Source: a virus
Taxonomy: Duplodnaviria > Caudoviricetes
Virus record (IMG/VR): IMGVR_UViG_3300033155_001652
Location: 1 to 52,638 of that record
Length of the DNA stretch: 52,638 nt
Strand: one strand, 5' to 3'
Shown one piece after another: positions 1-9,136 of the stretch. The translations under genes and the position numbers were made by a program. Below the pieces are notes generated by a model. It searched no databases, was not told the origin of the DNA, and saw only the letters and a list, made by a program, of their open reading frames with translations. Within the stretch, counting starts at the first letter, position 1, and each line of letters starts with the position of its first letter.

Positions 1-113
1 TATATCTCAACCGCATAACTACCGTTTGAACCCTTAATACCTACAGAATATCCGTCAGGCAAATCTTTCGGCCCTTTCGCAGCTTCCAACAACAGTAGAA
101 GAGCGCGTTCCAT
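1..113 (-). CDS. Hypothetical protein, N-terminal part only (runs off window edge)
   Basis: ATG at 113 overlaps the upstream TGA (TGATG); open to the edge: MERALLLLLEAAKGPKDLPDGYSVGIKG. Confidence 0.6.
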   Translation of the reverse strand, partial: MERALLLLLEAAKGPKDLPDGYSVGIKGSNGSYAVEI

Positions 114-478
114 CAACAGTCTCCGGCAGCGATCATGTTAATAGTGGTCTCGTTGGCACCAATGGTTACAAAAAGAGCAGTAATACCGCTCTCATTCATA
201 GTGACCATGCCGCCTTTAAGGTTAAACCCAGCTTCGGTATCAACGTTAAATTTAACGAGAACTTCATAATCAGAGTTAATAAAAATCCTTTTGGCTAACG
301 TAACCCCTCCCAAACTAATCTGAAAGTTAGCGGCTGTCCCTGCGGGGATTTTTATAGGTTGATGCGTTGTCACACACTCATAGTCTGCTGAGTCGCTGAT
401 GACTTGTTTAGCTTCTTGCGATTTTGTTGTTGATTCGATGCTCTCAAATGAGGCAGATATTTTTACAGTTTTAGCCAT
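113..478 (-). CDS. Small beta-rich protein, probable virion component
   Basis: 121-aa ORF with GGAG RBS; beta-strand-rich composition similar to 49190..49567. Confidence 0.55.
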   Translation of the reverse strand: MAKTVKISASFESIESTTKSQEAKQVISDSADYECVTTHQPIKIPAGTAANFQISLGGVTLAKRIFINSDYEVLVKFNVDTEAGFNLKGGMVTMNESGITALFVTIGANETTINMIAAGDC

Positions 479-489
479 AACTTTTACTC

Positions 490-1446
490 CTATAATTTAC
501 CGATTGGTGCAGCTCCTATATTATCAGATGTAGTGCCGCGAAATTGTTTTGGGGATTTTTCCGGCGCACTTGTCGCCGTGTTATTAGTAATCACGTCGTC
601 AAGCCAATTGTCACCCCATAGGCTAACTTGCTCCTCTACAGAGTCTCTACCCATGTTTAATATCTTCATCACCTTGGCAACTTTAGCAGGCGGCTTTTTA
701 CGCTTTTTAGTTTTTGTTGTTCGCTTAGGCTTAGTCGTCTCCAAATCCTCGGCGCGTAAGGTATTCAAAGGTAAATCCTGAGTATCGACGGCGACAATAA
801 CGTCTTCACCAAGGCGATATATCACGCGGTTAGTGAGGCGACCCTCCCCCACCTTTTCGCATGTAGCACCTTCGTATTCCTCTTTAAGTGTCGCCTCAAG
901 AGCCTCTTCGCTTGGCTTCCACGAATTAACCGACTTGCCTGGGCGATCATGAAAACCTATCACAACCTCAATATAACAAGCTCCTGCGGGCGCTAGGAGA
1001 GACAAAACACTCTTTAATACTGAACGTGGGTCAACCGCTTCTTCTAAACCTTCGGGCCAAATAATAAGATCCAACCCTTTATGATCTTTAGAATCAGGCC
1101 ATCTCTCGGCAAACATGATTTTCTGTTCATCTGTCTTAACGAGAAGAGATAAAACGGAATGTATTGCGTTTTGGAACAGATAGCGAGGCTCATAAACATA
1201 AACTTTTGACGCACCGCGTCGTATGGCTTCGGCAACGATACCACCATTACCAGGGCAAATGACTCCAACCTTGAGGCCGTCTAGTTTTTTGATGCCAAGA
1301 TCATCCATATATTTGGCGGGGCTAAAGTTACCTGGGAGGACGACATCTTTATCAAGCGGAACCCTGAATGAAAGTTTATCTCCTGATGTAAATTTAGAGC
1401 TTCTTACAAGCTCTTTTGCCCTCGTCTGGAGAGTTGACACAGCCAT
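490..1446 (-). CDS. Class I SAM-dependent methyltransferase-like protein with basic C-terminal extension
   Basis: LDGLKVGVICPGNGGIVAEAIRRGASKVYVYE (degenerate motif I/II), LDLII, DPRSVLKSVLSLLAPAGACYIE match the Rossmann MTase pattern. Confidence 0.6.
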   Translation of the reverse strand: MAVSTLQTRAKELVRSSKFTSGDKLSFRVPLDKDVVLPGNFSPAKYMDDLGIKKLDGLKVGVICPGNGGIVAEAIRRGASKVYVYEPRYLFQNAIHSVLSLLVKTDEQKIMFAERWPDSKDHKGLDLIIWPEGLEEAVDPRSVLKSVLSLLAPAGACYIEVVIGFHDRPGKSVNSWKPSEEALEATLKEEYEGATCEKVGEGRLTNRVIYRLGEDVIVAVDTQDLPLNTLRAEDLETTKPKRTTKTKKRKKPPAKVAKVMKILNMGRDSVEEQVSLWGDNWLDDVITNNTATSAPEKSPKQFRGTTSDNIGAAPIGKL

Positions 1447-1451
1447 CTTTA

Positions 1452-1682
1452 TTATTCCTTAGCTTCAAGAGGTGTTCTCAATAGATTAATTTTCGATTCG
1501 GTTAATGTTATATCAAGCTTTCTAAAGTCACTGGCATAAACCTCGTTAGTGAAATAAAACTTTCTACAACCTTCGCACTTCCTCTTCCTCCTCTTGCTAT
1601 GACAATTAGAGATTTTAGATTCAAACTTAGGCCAAGTACGAATAACTTTACTTCCATCAAATTGACAAAATGGGCATATCAT
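1452..1682 (-). CDS. NrdR-like zinc-ribbon protein lacking the ATP-cone
   Basis: MICPFC..SKVIRT..KRRKRKCEGCRKFYFTNE matches the NrdR N-terminus (MxCPxC..SxVxDSR..RRRRxCxxCxxRFTTxE); only 76 aa. Confidence 0.7.
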   Translation of the reverse strand: MICPFCQFDGSKVIRTWPKFESKISNCHSKRRKRKCEGCRKFYFTNEVYASDFRKLDITLTESKINLLRTPLEAKE

Positions 1683-1951
1683 CTTTTTCTTATCCTTGAC
1701 CCGAAGTAGCTTTTCGGTCTGGGCAACTTCTTCTTCTTCCCTCCCGGTTTATCTGGTGCAATAACTCTGCGATGCTCAAGGTCACGTTCTCGGCGTCTTT
1801 TACGCGACCGCATCAAACTACTCGCCTGCCCAACCTCACCAGCAACTCTCCGGTTCAATCTGTACATAAGATTACGACGCTGGAAGTGCATTCCCTCCCC
1901 CAGCACTAAACGAGCTATAACCCTTGTTCTCTCAATTAAATTAAGGATCAT
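1679..1951 (-). CDS. Basic hypothetical protein
   Basis: ATGA overlaps with both neighbours; Arg/Lys-rich. Confidence 0.6.
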   Translation of the reverse strand: MILNLIERTRVIARLVLGEGMHFQRRNLMYRLNRRVAGEVGQASSLMRSRKRRRERDLEHRRVIAPDKPGGKKKKLPRPKSYFGSRIRKR

Positions 1952-3954
1952 GTCACAATATACCTCGGCAACCCTTTTTCATTATCCTTATTATCTGGCT
2001 TCTCGTCCGGCCATAAATAGTTACCACCCGTTTGCCATGTGCCTTTAACAACAGGATCATCACTATACCCTTTTGATGGTACATAAACTCGGTGACCTGT
2101 GCTTATTTCTGTTAAATACCAAATAGTGGCACCCCAAACGTCAGCCAGATCTTTCGACCCTCTCAGGGGATGATCTATTTTACCTTTATCTGTCCTCTCA
2201 AGCCTGCGCAATTCCTTACGTAACACCTCAGAGTATGGACAGTGAACCCGCCGCTCATAAAGCGAAGCGCGAGCCGTGAGGTATTGCATCGGCTTACGAT
2301 CCATTGAGATTTCAATAACCTTTAAGCCATGCTTTTTGAATAGCTGGGCGTTTGGTGGGCGGCTCCACTGGTCCATCGATACTGACCTGATAGGAAGACC
2401 ATTCTCCTGAAGCGTATAAATCAAATTACGAACGCACTCATGCTCAATTTCTCCAGCAGACGGTGGAATAATACGCAATACTGCATCGATATGAATAACA
2501 GGTGCGTATTCTTCCCCTTCTTTTCCGGTGCCACTATTACGTCTCACAACCTTAGTCATACCAGCGTCGTGGGCTATACAAAAGCCTGTAGCGTCTTCTT
2601 TTACCGACATATCAAGGGCTACATGACGCATAGCTCCAGGGCAACAAAGCGGTGCCGGTTCCCCACGCATATTTGTTGACATGAATTTATCCCAATGAAT
2701 AACTAGATCCTCTTCAGTCGTCCATTCAGAAACCCCGAAAATATGGGGCATATCGTGCGCCATCATTTCATCAATAAAAGTCCTATTGGTGATAAACGGG
2801 TGAGCAACCTCAACTGAAACGCCAGCTTTATCTCGAAGTGACCCTATGGGATCGCGCTCAAAATCAGGCAAGAAGTCATTAGGAAAATCAATACCATCTT
2901 CGCCGCGAGTCAACTTGGCGTCCTTATCAATAACACGAGAGCGCCCTGTTTCTGGGTTGAATGCTAAGGTATGCCACTTTTGATCGGCGTATGAATCTGG
3001 CGCTACATCCCAAGCGGAATAGTCGCGCACGAACACCCCAAGAGACTGCATATAGGTTTCTATTTCTCCTTCTGTCTTCGGCGGCTTAGATAAAGACTCC
3101 TGCGCAGCCCTGATACGTCTCTCAGTAAAATCTTCTGCGCCCCGCTTTGATGACACAAGGAACACAAAACCTCTAACCCCGTGTTTAGAAAAGCGAGACT
3201 GGATACGGCTAACAAGACCGTTATAGATAACCTCGGCTTTATCATATGCCTCGTCATCTGACATCGTAGACATCTTACCCCGGCCCATGAAGTTACCTTC
3301 GTCCACCAACCCAGCAATAACATCCATACCAAGGATATGAGCGTTGTTGGAGGTGCCGCCGATAATATAAATACCTTTATCTGGAAATCTAACCTCTTCC
3401 TTTGTCTCGATAAATTTGCCGCGAAAGAATGGTGATAAGTTGAGCTTGCCTGCTATCTGACCAAATGCCACCCTGCGAGCAAGCTCTTTTGTCTTTGAAA
3501 TCGGCGCGATATAAAGAGGCGAGCCGGGAGATAGTCCAAGAGTTGTCTGCGGATTCTTTAAGCATAAAAGCTCATAGAGAACGCGCATGATACACACTGT
3601 CGCGGTAAACGTTTTACCAACGCCAATCCCGCCTGTAAGAATGTATTCATGATAATCACCATTGAAGAAATCAATGATGTCTTGTTTATGTCTTGGAAAT
3701 ATTGACTTATGAATATCCCCAACTAATTCGGGGTCATTAATCCACTGCTCTATTGGTACTGGTTGAATCTCCCATTGATCCGCTGCTATCTCTTGACCAA
3801 TCGAACTAGAACCAGTTCCAATCTCTTCTTCGATGATCATCATGGCGCATCTTCGCTCACTCTCAGACAAATCGCCAAGCTCATAACCAATAAGCTTTGC
3901 TGCCTCTTCGGGCGTCCTATAAGAACGAAAATGCCCCTTCTCTTTAATTATCAT
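1948..3954 (-). CDS. terL: Terminase large subunit
   Basis: Walker A ILTGGIGVGKT, Walker B AGLVDEG, coupling motif LVSS, RNase H-like nuclease HVALDMS and KIDHPLRGSKDLAD. Confidence 0.9.
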   Translation of the reverse strand: MIIKEKGHFRSYRTPEEAAKLIGYELGDLSESERRCAMMIIEEEIGTGSSSIGQEIAADQWEIQPVPIEQWINDPELVGDIHKSIFPRHKQDIIDFFNGDYHEYILTGGIGVGKTFTATVCIMRVLYELLCLKNPQTTLGLSPGSPLYIAPISKTKELARRVAFGQIAGKLNLSPFFRGKFIETKEEVRFPDKGIYIIGGTSNNAHILGMDVIAGLVDEGNFMGRGKMSTMSDDEAYDKAEVIYNGLVSRIQSRFSKHGVRGFVFLVSSKRGAEDFTERRIRAAQESLSKPPKTEGEIETYMQSLGVFVRDYSAWDVAPDSYADQKWHTLAFNPETGRSRVIDKDAKLTRGEDGIDFPNDFLPDFERDPIGSLRDKAGVSVEVAHPFITNRTFIDEMMAHDMPHIFGVSEWTTEEDLVIHWDKFMSTNMRGEPAPLCCPGAMRHVALDMSVKEDATGFCIAHDAGMTKVVRRNSGTGKEGEEYAPVIHIDAVLRIIPPSAGEIEHECVRNLIYTLQENGLPIRSVSMDQWSRPPNAQLFKKHGLKVIEISMDRKPMQYLTARASLYERRVHCPYSEVLRKELRRLERTDKGKIDHPLRGSKDLADVWGATIWYLTEISTGHRVYVPSKGYSDDPVVKGTWQTGGNYLWPDEKPDNKDNEKGLPRYIVT

Positions 3955-3973
3955 GGAACCTACCTAGTGCGCG

Positions 3974-4549
3974 TCACACACCCTCCTTAGCCTCCACGGT
4001 AATTGTCTTAGGCACGATTTTAAGAGCCTTACTAACAGCCGCAAGCACTCGACGCCGTGATTTATCATCATCCAATGTAGATAGTGGGCTATCTTCACCG
4101 AAACGCTCAGAGAAAGATATTTTATGCTCTGTCCTGATATTTAAGTCCTGACCAGCCTTCGGGAAAACTCCCGTAGTTATAAGAACCTCAGTCAAAGTCT
4201 TTGTCGCTTTAATCGCTGTATTAAGAAAGCCGTTCTTACCCATCTCACTATTAGCGCCCGCATACTCCATAAGCGCGTTCTCGCGGATGTAAAGCAGCGA
4301 GTCCATGACATTACCAAGCATGTCACCAATAGCTTCACGCGACTTAATCATAGACTCGATATGATCTGCGGATTGCTTCTTTATATAAGCAGCATCCGCG
4401 TCTATCGTGCGCCGATCCACTTTGCAAAGATCAGCAATGACAGTATACGGGGTGCCTTGAAAGAGCATCTCGCGCACGAGCGCACGGCGTTTCTCGATAG
4501 ACTCAAAATCCTTAGCCAGTCTCACAGGCTCCATCTTATCGTCAGTCAT
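3974..4549 (-). CDS. Putative terminase small subunit (N-terminal HTH)
   Basis: HTH YTVIADLCKVDRRTIDAD followed by helical region; directly upstream of terL. Confidence 0.6.
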   Translation of the reverse strand: MTDDKMEPVRLAKDFESIEKRRALVREMLFQGTPYTVIADLCKVDRRTIDADAAYIKKQSADHIESMIKSREAIGDMLGNVMDSLLYIRENALMEYAGANSEMGKNGFLNTAIKATKTLTEVLITTGVFPKAGQDLNIRTEHKISFSERFGEDSPLSTLDDDKSRRRVLAAVSKALKIVPKTITVEAKEGV

Positions 4550-6936
4550 GCAACCCTCCCGAACAATTGACGTAAATTACCTCTCAACTGACTCGGCCTG
4601 TCCTCGGTCATAATAGCCACTAAACGATCACCAAACTCTAAGAATAGTTGTACCGACTCTGACATAAAGATCAGCTTCTTCAAAGCCTCAATTTCCTTAC
4701 TCTTAGCTCTGGTTTGTCGCCCTTTCTTAATACGTGCAATACGTGCCTTTAATATTCTATCGTAATCACGGAAATTGCCTGTTTTCTTGGCGTCGTCTCT
4801 CATTGTTTTCATAAACACATTAAACTCAGCCTTAGTGCGAACAGGCTTAGTAAGAAGACCAGCTATATCCTCTATGTCGCCTTTCGAGTAAGAGCTAGGT
4901 GCAAATTGTTGTGTTGTGTCTACTCTCGAAGGCTTATCTAACCCCTTAACATTTGGTATAGGAACATAAAGATCCTTTTTCGGCTTCAAAAGTCCTCTCT
5001 TGTTTAACCATTTCTCGATATCAAACAAAGACACTACACCAACATAATCAGTCGCCAAATTATCTATTGGCTGGCCTGTCTTGCTGTCCTTCAAAGGCCA
5101 CTCTACTGCAATACGTTTCTTGGAGAATTCAAGTTTTGCAAGTTCTTGTTGTGATTCTTTACTTGGTTTTTTCTTTATTTTGTTTACTAACTCTTTGATT
5201 TCTTTATTAATCGTCCTTATCTCTTTCAACGCAGACCTACGATTAAGTAACCATTCGCGCACGGCTCGAACAATATCCTGTTTATTAAGTAGACTCTTCA
5301 AATAATTTATAAACGTGCCTGTGTCAACACGCTTACCACTGCCAGAAAGTCCTAATGCCCTCTCTGGGTCTGAAACCGGAAGACCCTTCTTTGAATCTTT
5401 ACCCAATTGTTTCTTAGCTCTACCACCAGCGTCAACGTCGCCAGCCTTGATCTTTACTTGTCTAAAAACGTTGTATATATTCATGGGACTGCCAGTTACT
5501 TTACTTTTGACAGCCGGAATAAGTATATCCCGCTTATTGCCCTCTTTATCAGGTTTAGGATTAGAAATATCCGGCAATCCACTCAACTTCCAATCCCTAA
5601 TCGCAGCATAAACTTCTTCGGGCGTTTTCATACTCCTAAGCAACTCAATGAATTTTGGTTTGTCAGCTTTAGTGTAAGGAATAATTTCAAGCTCTTTAGG
5701 TGCAAATATTGGTTTATAAACTTCTTCAGGAGCTTTGAGACGTGGTGGTAATTTTACTGTCCAAGGATCGCCACCAGGCAACGACATAACAATCTTATCG
5801 CCTGGAAACAACTCTCTGGTCAGCGCCAGAGACGGCTCTCCGAGCAATTTCCTTATTTCAGCCCACACATCATGGATCTGCTTCTTTATAAAATCTTTAA
5901 TTGTTTCTTCAGTAGCACTACCTTTTTTCTTAGCCTCCAACACGCTATTAGCGAGTTCGCTTAATTTCTTGTCATCTGGCATACCCTGAATTATCTTACT
6001 TATAGTATTTTTCTTCAAGCCCATCCCAGCTTTGTTAGGTTTAAGCGAGATGAGTCCGTGTTTTTGTAACCTGTGTAAAGGTTGGTCAACGGGGCCAAAG
6101 ATTAAGTCTGCAATACGATATTTGAATTGAGATAACAATGATTCGTAGTTGTCGCCTTTAGTTGTCGCCTTCTTCAATGACGTTATGTATGAGCCAATTT
6201 GCTGTTGGATAACATTAACGCTTTTATGGTCAAGACCTATCTTAGACATACGAAGCATAAGATCCTCTTCAGACGGTGTATCTACTAAATCGTTGAGAGA
6301 TATCTCCTTACCTGTCAATTTAGATTTTTCTCTTTTTAGTATCCCCTGTGCATTTTTATTAACTACAGATAAAAGTGTCTTGAATAGTCTTTCAATACTC
6401 GCCCCACCAGGGGTTGTACTAGCTTTACTACTACCCCCTTTGGTCCACCGTTTCGATTGTGCTACCAAGAGACGATATAGGCCAAGCAGAGGACTGCCCA
6501 TTGTCCCAATTTTCTTAGTACCAATCCTACTAAAAACATCATTCACAACGTCTTGAGGAGTAAGCTTAAGTTGTTCTGGATGGGAATTAACAGTAATATG
6601 TTTACGTATCCCGTTCAATGCTGATCTTTCAAGCATAGGAAGTAATTTACTGTAGAGTTTAGCGAGACCTTCAGACGCTTTGGGGTTGTTATGAGTCTTT
6701 TCTAGCTCTGTAACAAGATCTACAATCTCTGCCTCTGTAAAATCATTAGCAACACCAAGAGACTCCTTCTCGGCTTCTTCCTCGTCTTCTATCTGATTAG
6801 TTTCTCTAGCGACTTCGTCATTAGCGGTGGGTGTAAGATTGTTTTGGTTGCCTATTTCACTAATAAACAATTTCTCAAAATCGTCTTTTTTAGCCTCGAA
6901 TAGATATGTCAACCGTTCAATTAAAATAGTATTCAT
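4546..6936 (-). CDS. Large Lys-rich protein with ECF sigma region-2-like segment and an internal duplicated domain
   Basis: 796-aa ORF; LAKLYSKLLPMLER..TPQDVVNDVFSRI..FKTLLSVVNKNAQGILKRE..EISLNDL; repeat pair FIELLRSM..IRDW / FINYLKSL..VREW. Confidence 0.5.
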   Translation of the reverse strand: MNTILIERLTYLFEAKKDDFEKLFISEIGNQNNLTPTANDEVARETNQIEDEEEAEKESLGVANDFTEAEIVDLVTELEKTHNNPKASEGLAKLYSKLLPMLERSALNGIRKHITVNSHPEQLKLTPQDVVNDVFSRIGTKKIGTMGSPLLGLYRLLVAQSKRWTKGGSSKASTTPGGASIERLFKTLLSVVNKNAQGILKREKSKLTGKEISLNDLVDTPSEEDLMLRMSKIGLDHKSVNVIQQQIGSYITSLKKATTKGDNYESLLSQFKYRIADLIFGPVDQPLHRLQKHGLISLKPNKAGMGLKKNTISKIIQGMPDDKKLSELANSVLEAKKKGSATEETIKDFIKKQIHDVWAEIRKLLGEPSLALTRELFPGDKIVMSLPGGDPWTVKLPPRLKAPEEVYKPIFAPKELEIIPYTKADKPKFIELLRSMKTPEEVYAAIRDWKLSGLPDISNPKPDKEGNKRDILIPAVKSKVTGSPMNIYNVFRQVKIKAGDVDAGGRAKKQLGKDSKKGLPVSDPERALGLSGSGKRVDTGTFINYLKSLLNKQDIVRAVREWLLNRRSALKEIRTINKEIKELVNKIKKKPSKESQQELAKLEFSKKRIAVEWPLKDSKTGQPIDNLATDYVGVVSLFDIEKWLNKRGLLKPKKDLYVPIPNVKGLDKPSRVDTTQQFAPSSYSKGDIEDIAGLLTKPVRTKAEFNVFMKTMRDDAKKTGNFRDYDRILKARIARIKKGRQTRAKSKEIEALKKLIFMSESVQLFLEFGDRLVAIMTEDRPSQLRGNLRQLFGRVA

Positions 6937-6939
6937 AGC

Positions 6940-7674
6940 TCAATCCCAATTGCTTAGTTCGTTCTTAATCGCCGTTGTAAGGAATTCATCTATTCTATCT
7001 GATTCTTTCTTACACACCCGTACCATCGCCGAGATAAATCCATGCAACTGCTTCGATGCGTCTACAATCAAATGAGATTTACCATTCTGTCCGACGTAGA
7101 GATACCCATGTTCTACTGTATCACCAGAGTCAACAAGGCACTCTTGTTGAAATGACCTAGCGTCTGCAAGAAGCCGCGTTCGATCTGCTACAGTCTTACG
7201 CTCTTCGCGCTCGCCGTCCGTATCTGCTTTGGTGGGAAGTGTTTTGCTTGCTTGTTTTGCACGAACAAGCATTCTCTTACGCGCCGTCTCTTCTTGAAGA
7301 TCCATCCGCTTACAAACTGTCTGCTCAATATGCGCGTACTTCTGCTTATTCTGTCTTCCCTTTTGGTTATTACGGCGCACGGACCAAAGCATTAACTCGG
7401 CTTCGTCGGCGTCTTTTAAGTGATGAAGAATATAACAAGGGAGCGTTCTCAGACCATTAGATATGGCCGCTTTATATCTATGCTCCCCGCCGACGATCAA
7501 GTATTTATCGCCAAGCGACGATCTTGGTACAACGTGTATAGGCTCATCAAACCCCTCTTCACCCATGGTAGAGACCAACGAGGCAAACTCAGAGTCTGCC
7601 ATCTCGTTGCAGTTCCACTCACACAGGACGAGTTTAGTCACGCTGATATCTGTTGTATCTAAAATCTCAACCAT
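6940..7674 (-). CDS. ParB/Srx-like N-terminal domain protein
   Basis: WNCNEM..LVSTMGEEGFDEPIHV..YLIVGGEHRYKAA..LPC is the ParB-N/IbrB-like signature. Confidence 0.8.
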   Translation of the reverse strand: MVEILDTTDISVTKLVLCEWNCNEMADSEFASLVSTMGEEGFDEPIHVVPRSSLGDKYLIVGGEHRYKAAISNGLRTLPCYILHHLKDADEAELMLWSVRRNNQKGRQNKQKYAHIEQTVCKRMDLQEETARKRMLVRAKQASKTLPTKADTDGEREERKTVADRTRLLADARSFQQECLVDSGDTVEHGYLYVGQNGKSHLIVDASKQLHGFISAMVRVCKKESDRIDEFLTTAIKNELSNWD

Positions 7675-7724
7675 AATAGAATAGTCCCTCTCAAGAGTAT
7701 TCTACATTGATATAGCTAAAGATC

Positions 7725-8507
7725 CTAGTCTTTATCGTAAGACCCTAGAGATTCTCTAAGCTGAGAAATACCCTGCTTTATCAAAGATTTGACTTTCCAA
7801 AGTTTGAATTGCCCTTGGTAATAATCAACAATATCATTTTTACCAAATCCCTCGATAAGACTCATGCTAACCATCTTACGCAAAGGTTCTGGCAATTTTT
7901 TCATAGCCTGCTGAAGATCATACGATGCACCTACATTTGGTTCCTCGTATAGACCGCTATTAATATGATACGTCTCGGCTAGGATAGAAGGGGAATCGTC
8001 ACCATAAGAAGACGGGATGAAATGGGTATACGGTCTTTCCCCTGACCCTGGTTTTTGATCAGGATAAAGTGACCGTTTCTTCATCCAAGGATAAGCATAA
8101 CTTACCCAAGATGCCCCTTTTGATTGAGCTAAATCATAATCATATTTTAACGCAGCTTCCCAAACACCGTAAAATATCCGCGAAGGTGCCTCATGTTTGG
8201 GCCAAGGTGACGATCCACATAATTTATTAACGTAGGCTTGCATCCGTCCTCTTAGAATTCTTAGAGCTTGAGACGCTGAAGGGTCACCGTCTTTAATAGC
8301 ATTAATAAGAACCCCGTCCTTGAGGTCACACAACCCTATTACTGAGGCATTAACAACAGCTTCCCTTATGGGATGATGGGTAGGGTGGTAAACCCCCCCG
8401 ACCATACCCTCGACGCTCTCTAAAAATAATTCAGGGATATTAGTTTTCTCAGCAACAAACGACGATAACCGCTCGACTATTTTAATAATGGGTTTATCAT
8501 TTCGCAT
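7725..8507 (-). CDS. Phage sigma-70 family RNA polymerase sigma factor
   Basis: Region 2 GVWEAALKYD..KGASWVSYAYPWM; region 4 DLQQAMKKLPEPLRKMVSMSLIEG..VKSLIKQGISQLR; start moved to ATG 8507 (GGAG RBS). Confidence 0.8.
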   Translation of the reverse strand: MRNDKPIIKIVERLSSFVAEKTNIPELFLESVEGMVGGVYHPTHHPIREAVVNASVIGLCDLKDGVLINAIKDGDPSASQALRILRGRMQAYVNKLCGSSPWPKHEAPSRIFYGVWEAALKYDYDLAQSKGASWVSYAYPWMKKRSLYPDQKPGSGERPYTHFIPSSYGDDSPSILAETYHINSGLYEEPNVGASYDLQQAMKKLPEPLRKMVSMSLIEGFGKNDIVDYYQGQFKLWKVKSLIKQGISQLRESLGSYDKD

Positions 8508-8591
8508 ATTTGTTCTCTCCTCTGGCCCATTTGCTTTGCAGGGGGCGCATTTTTCAACAACTCGCAATGATGGTGGATAACCACTTAGAAG

Positions 8592-8792
8592 TCAAGATGA
8601 AACATCAAATTTTTCTACCTCCTCTTTAAGCTTTAAGCTCGTAACCCAAGTGTCTATACGGTCATACATCAAAATATTTATTGCCGCTGCCATTATTTTC
8701 ATCAACTCATCAGGTGGAAATTCTGGAGCCAACAAAGCGCGGTCAAGCGCCAAGTTAAGCTTGACCGCCGCCTCAAGAACGTCGCTAGTCAT
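8592..8792 (-). CDS. Hypothetical protein
   Basis: ORF with AGGGG RBS, in operon. Confidence 0.55.
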   Translation of the reverse strand: MTSDVLEAAVKLNLALDRALLAPEFPPDELMKIMAAAINILMYDRIDTWVTSLKLKEEVEKFDVSS

Positions 8793-8809
8793 AGATCCCC
8801 CTAATGGTG

Positions 8810-9118
8810 TTACAGGTTAAAAGAAATCTTTCGCTTCAAAACAATGGGTTCAGCCTTGAATACCAGTGGTTTTGGGTAGGAAATAACCGTTATCTTCTTC
8901 CCATCATACTGCTCATCCCCTTTTGCCGCTGCGCTTGTCACAGACCGAAGGATCTGAGCCTTACCGCTCATGTCAGTACCTTCAGGCACCGGCAGGGGAA
9001 TAAAGATAAACTTGCCATCGTCGCCGTCTGCAACGACTTCTACGAGGGCATAAGTTAATGGTTTCTTATCTCGCGTCCGTTTTGCCTTCGGCAAAGTAGT
9101 AGGGTCAATGGTTTTCAT
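8810..9118 (-). CDS. Hypothetical protein
   Basis: ORF with GAGGA RBS, in operon. Confidence 0.65.
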   Translation of the reverse strand: MKTIDPTTLPKAKRTRDKKPLTYALVEVVADGDDGKFIFIPLPVPEGTDMSGKAQILRSVTSAAAKGDEQYDGKKITVISYPKPLVFKAEPIVLKRKISFNL

Positions 9119-9136
9119 AATATCCTCGTTTCTTTT

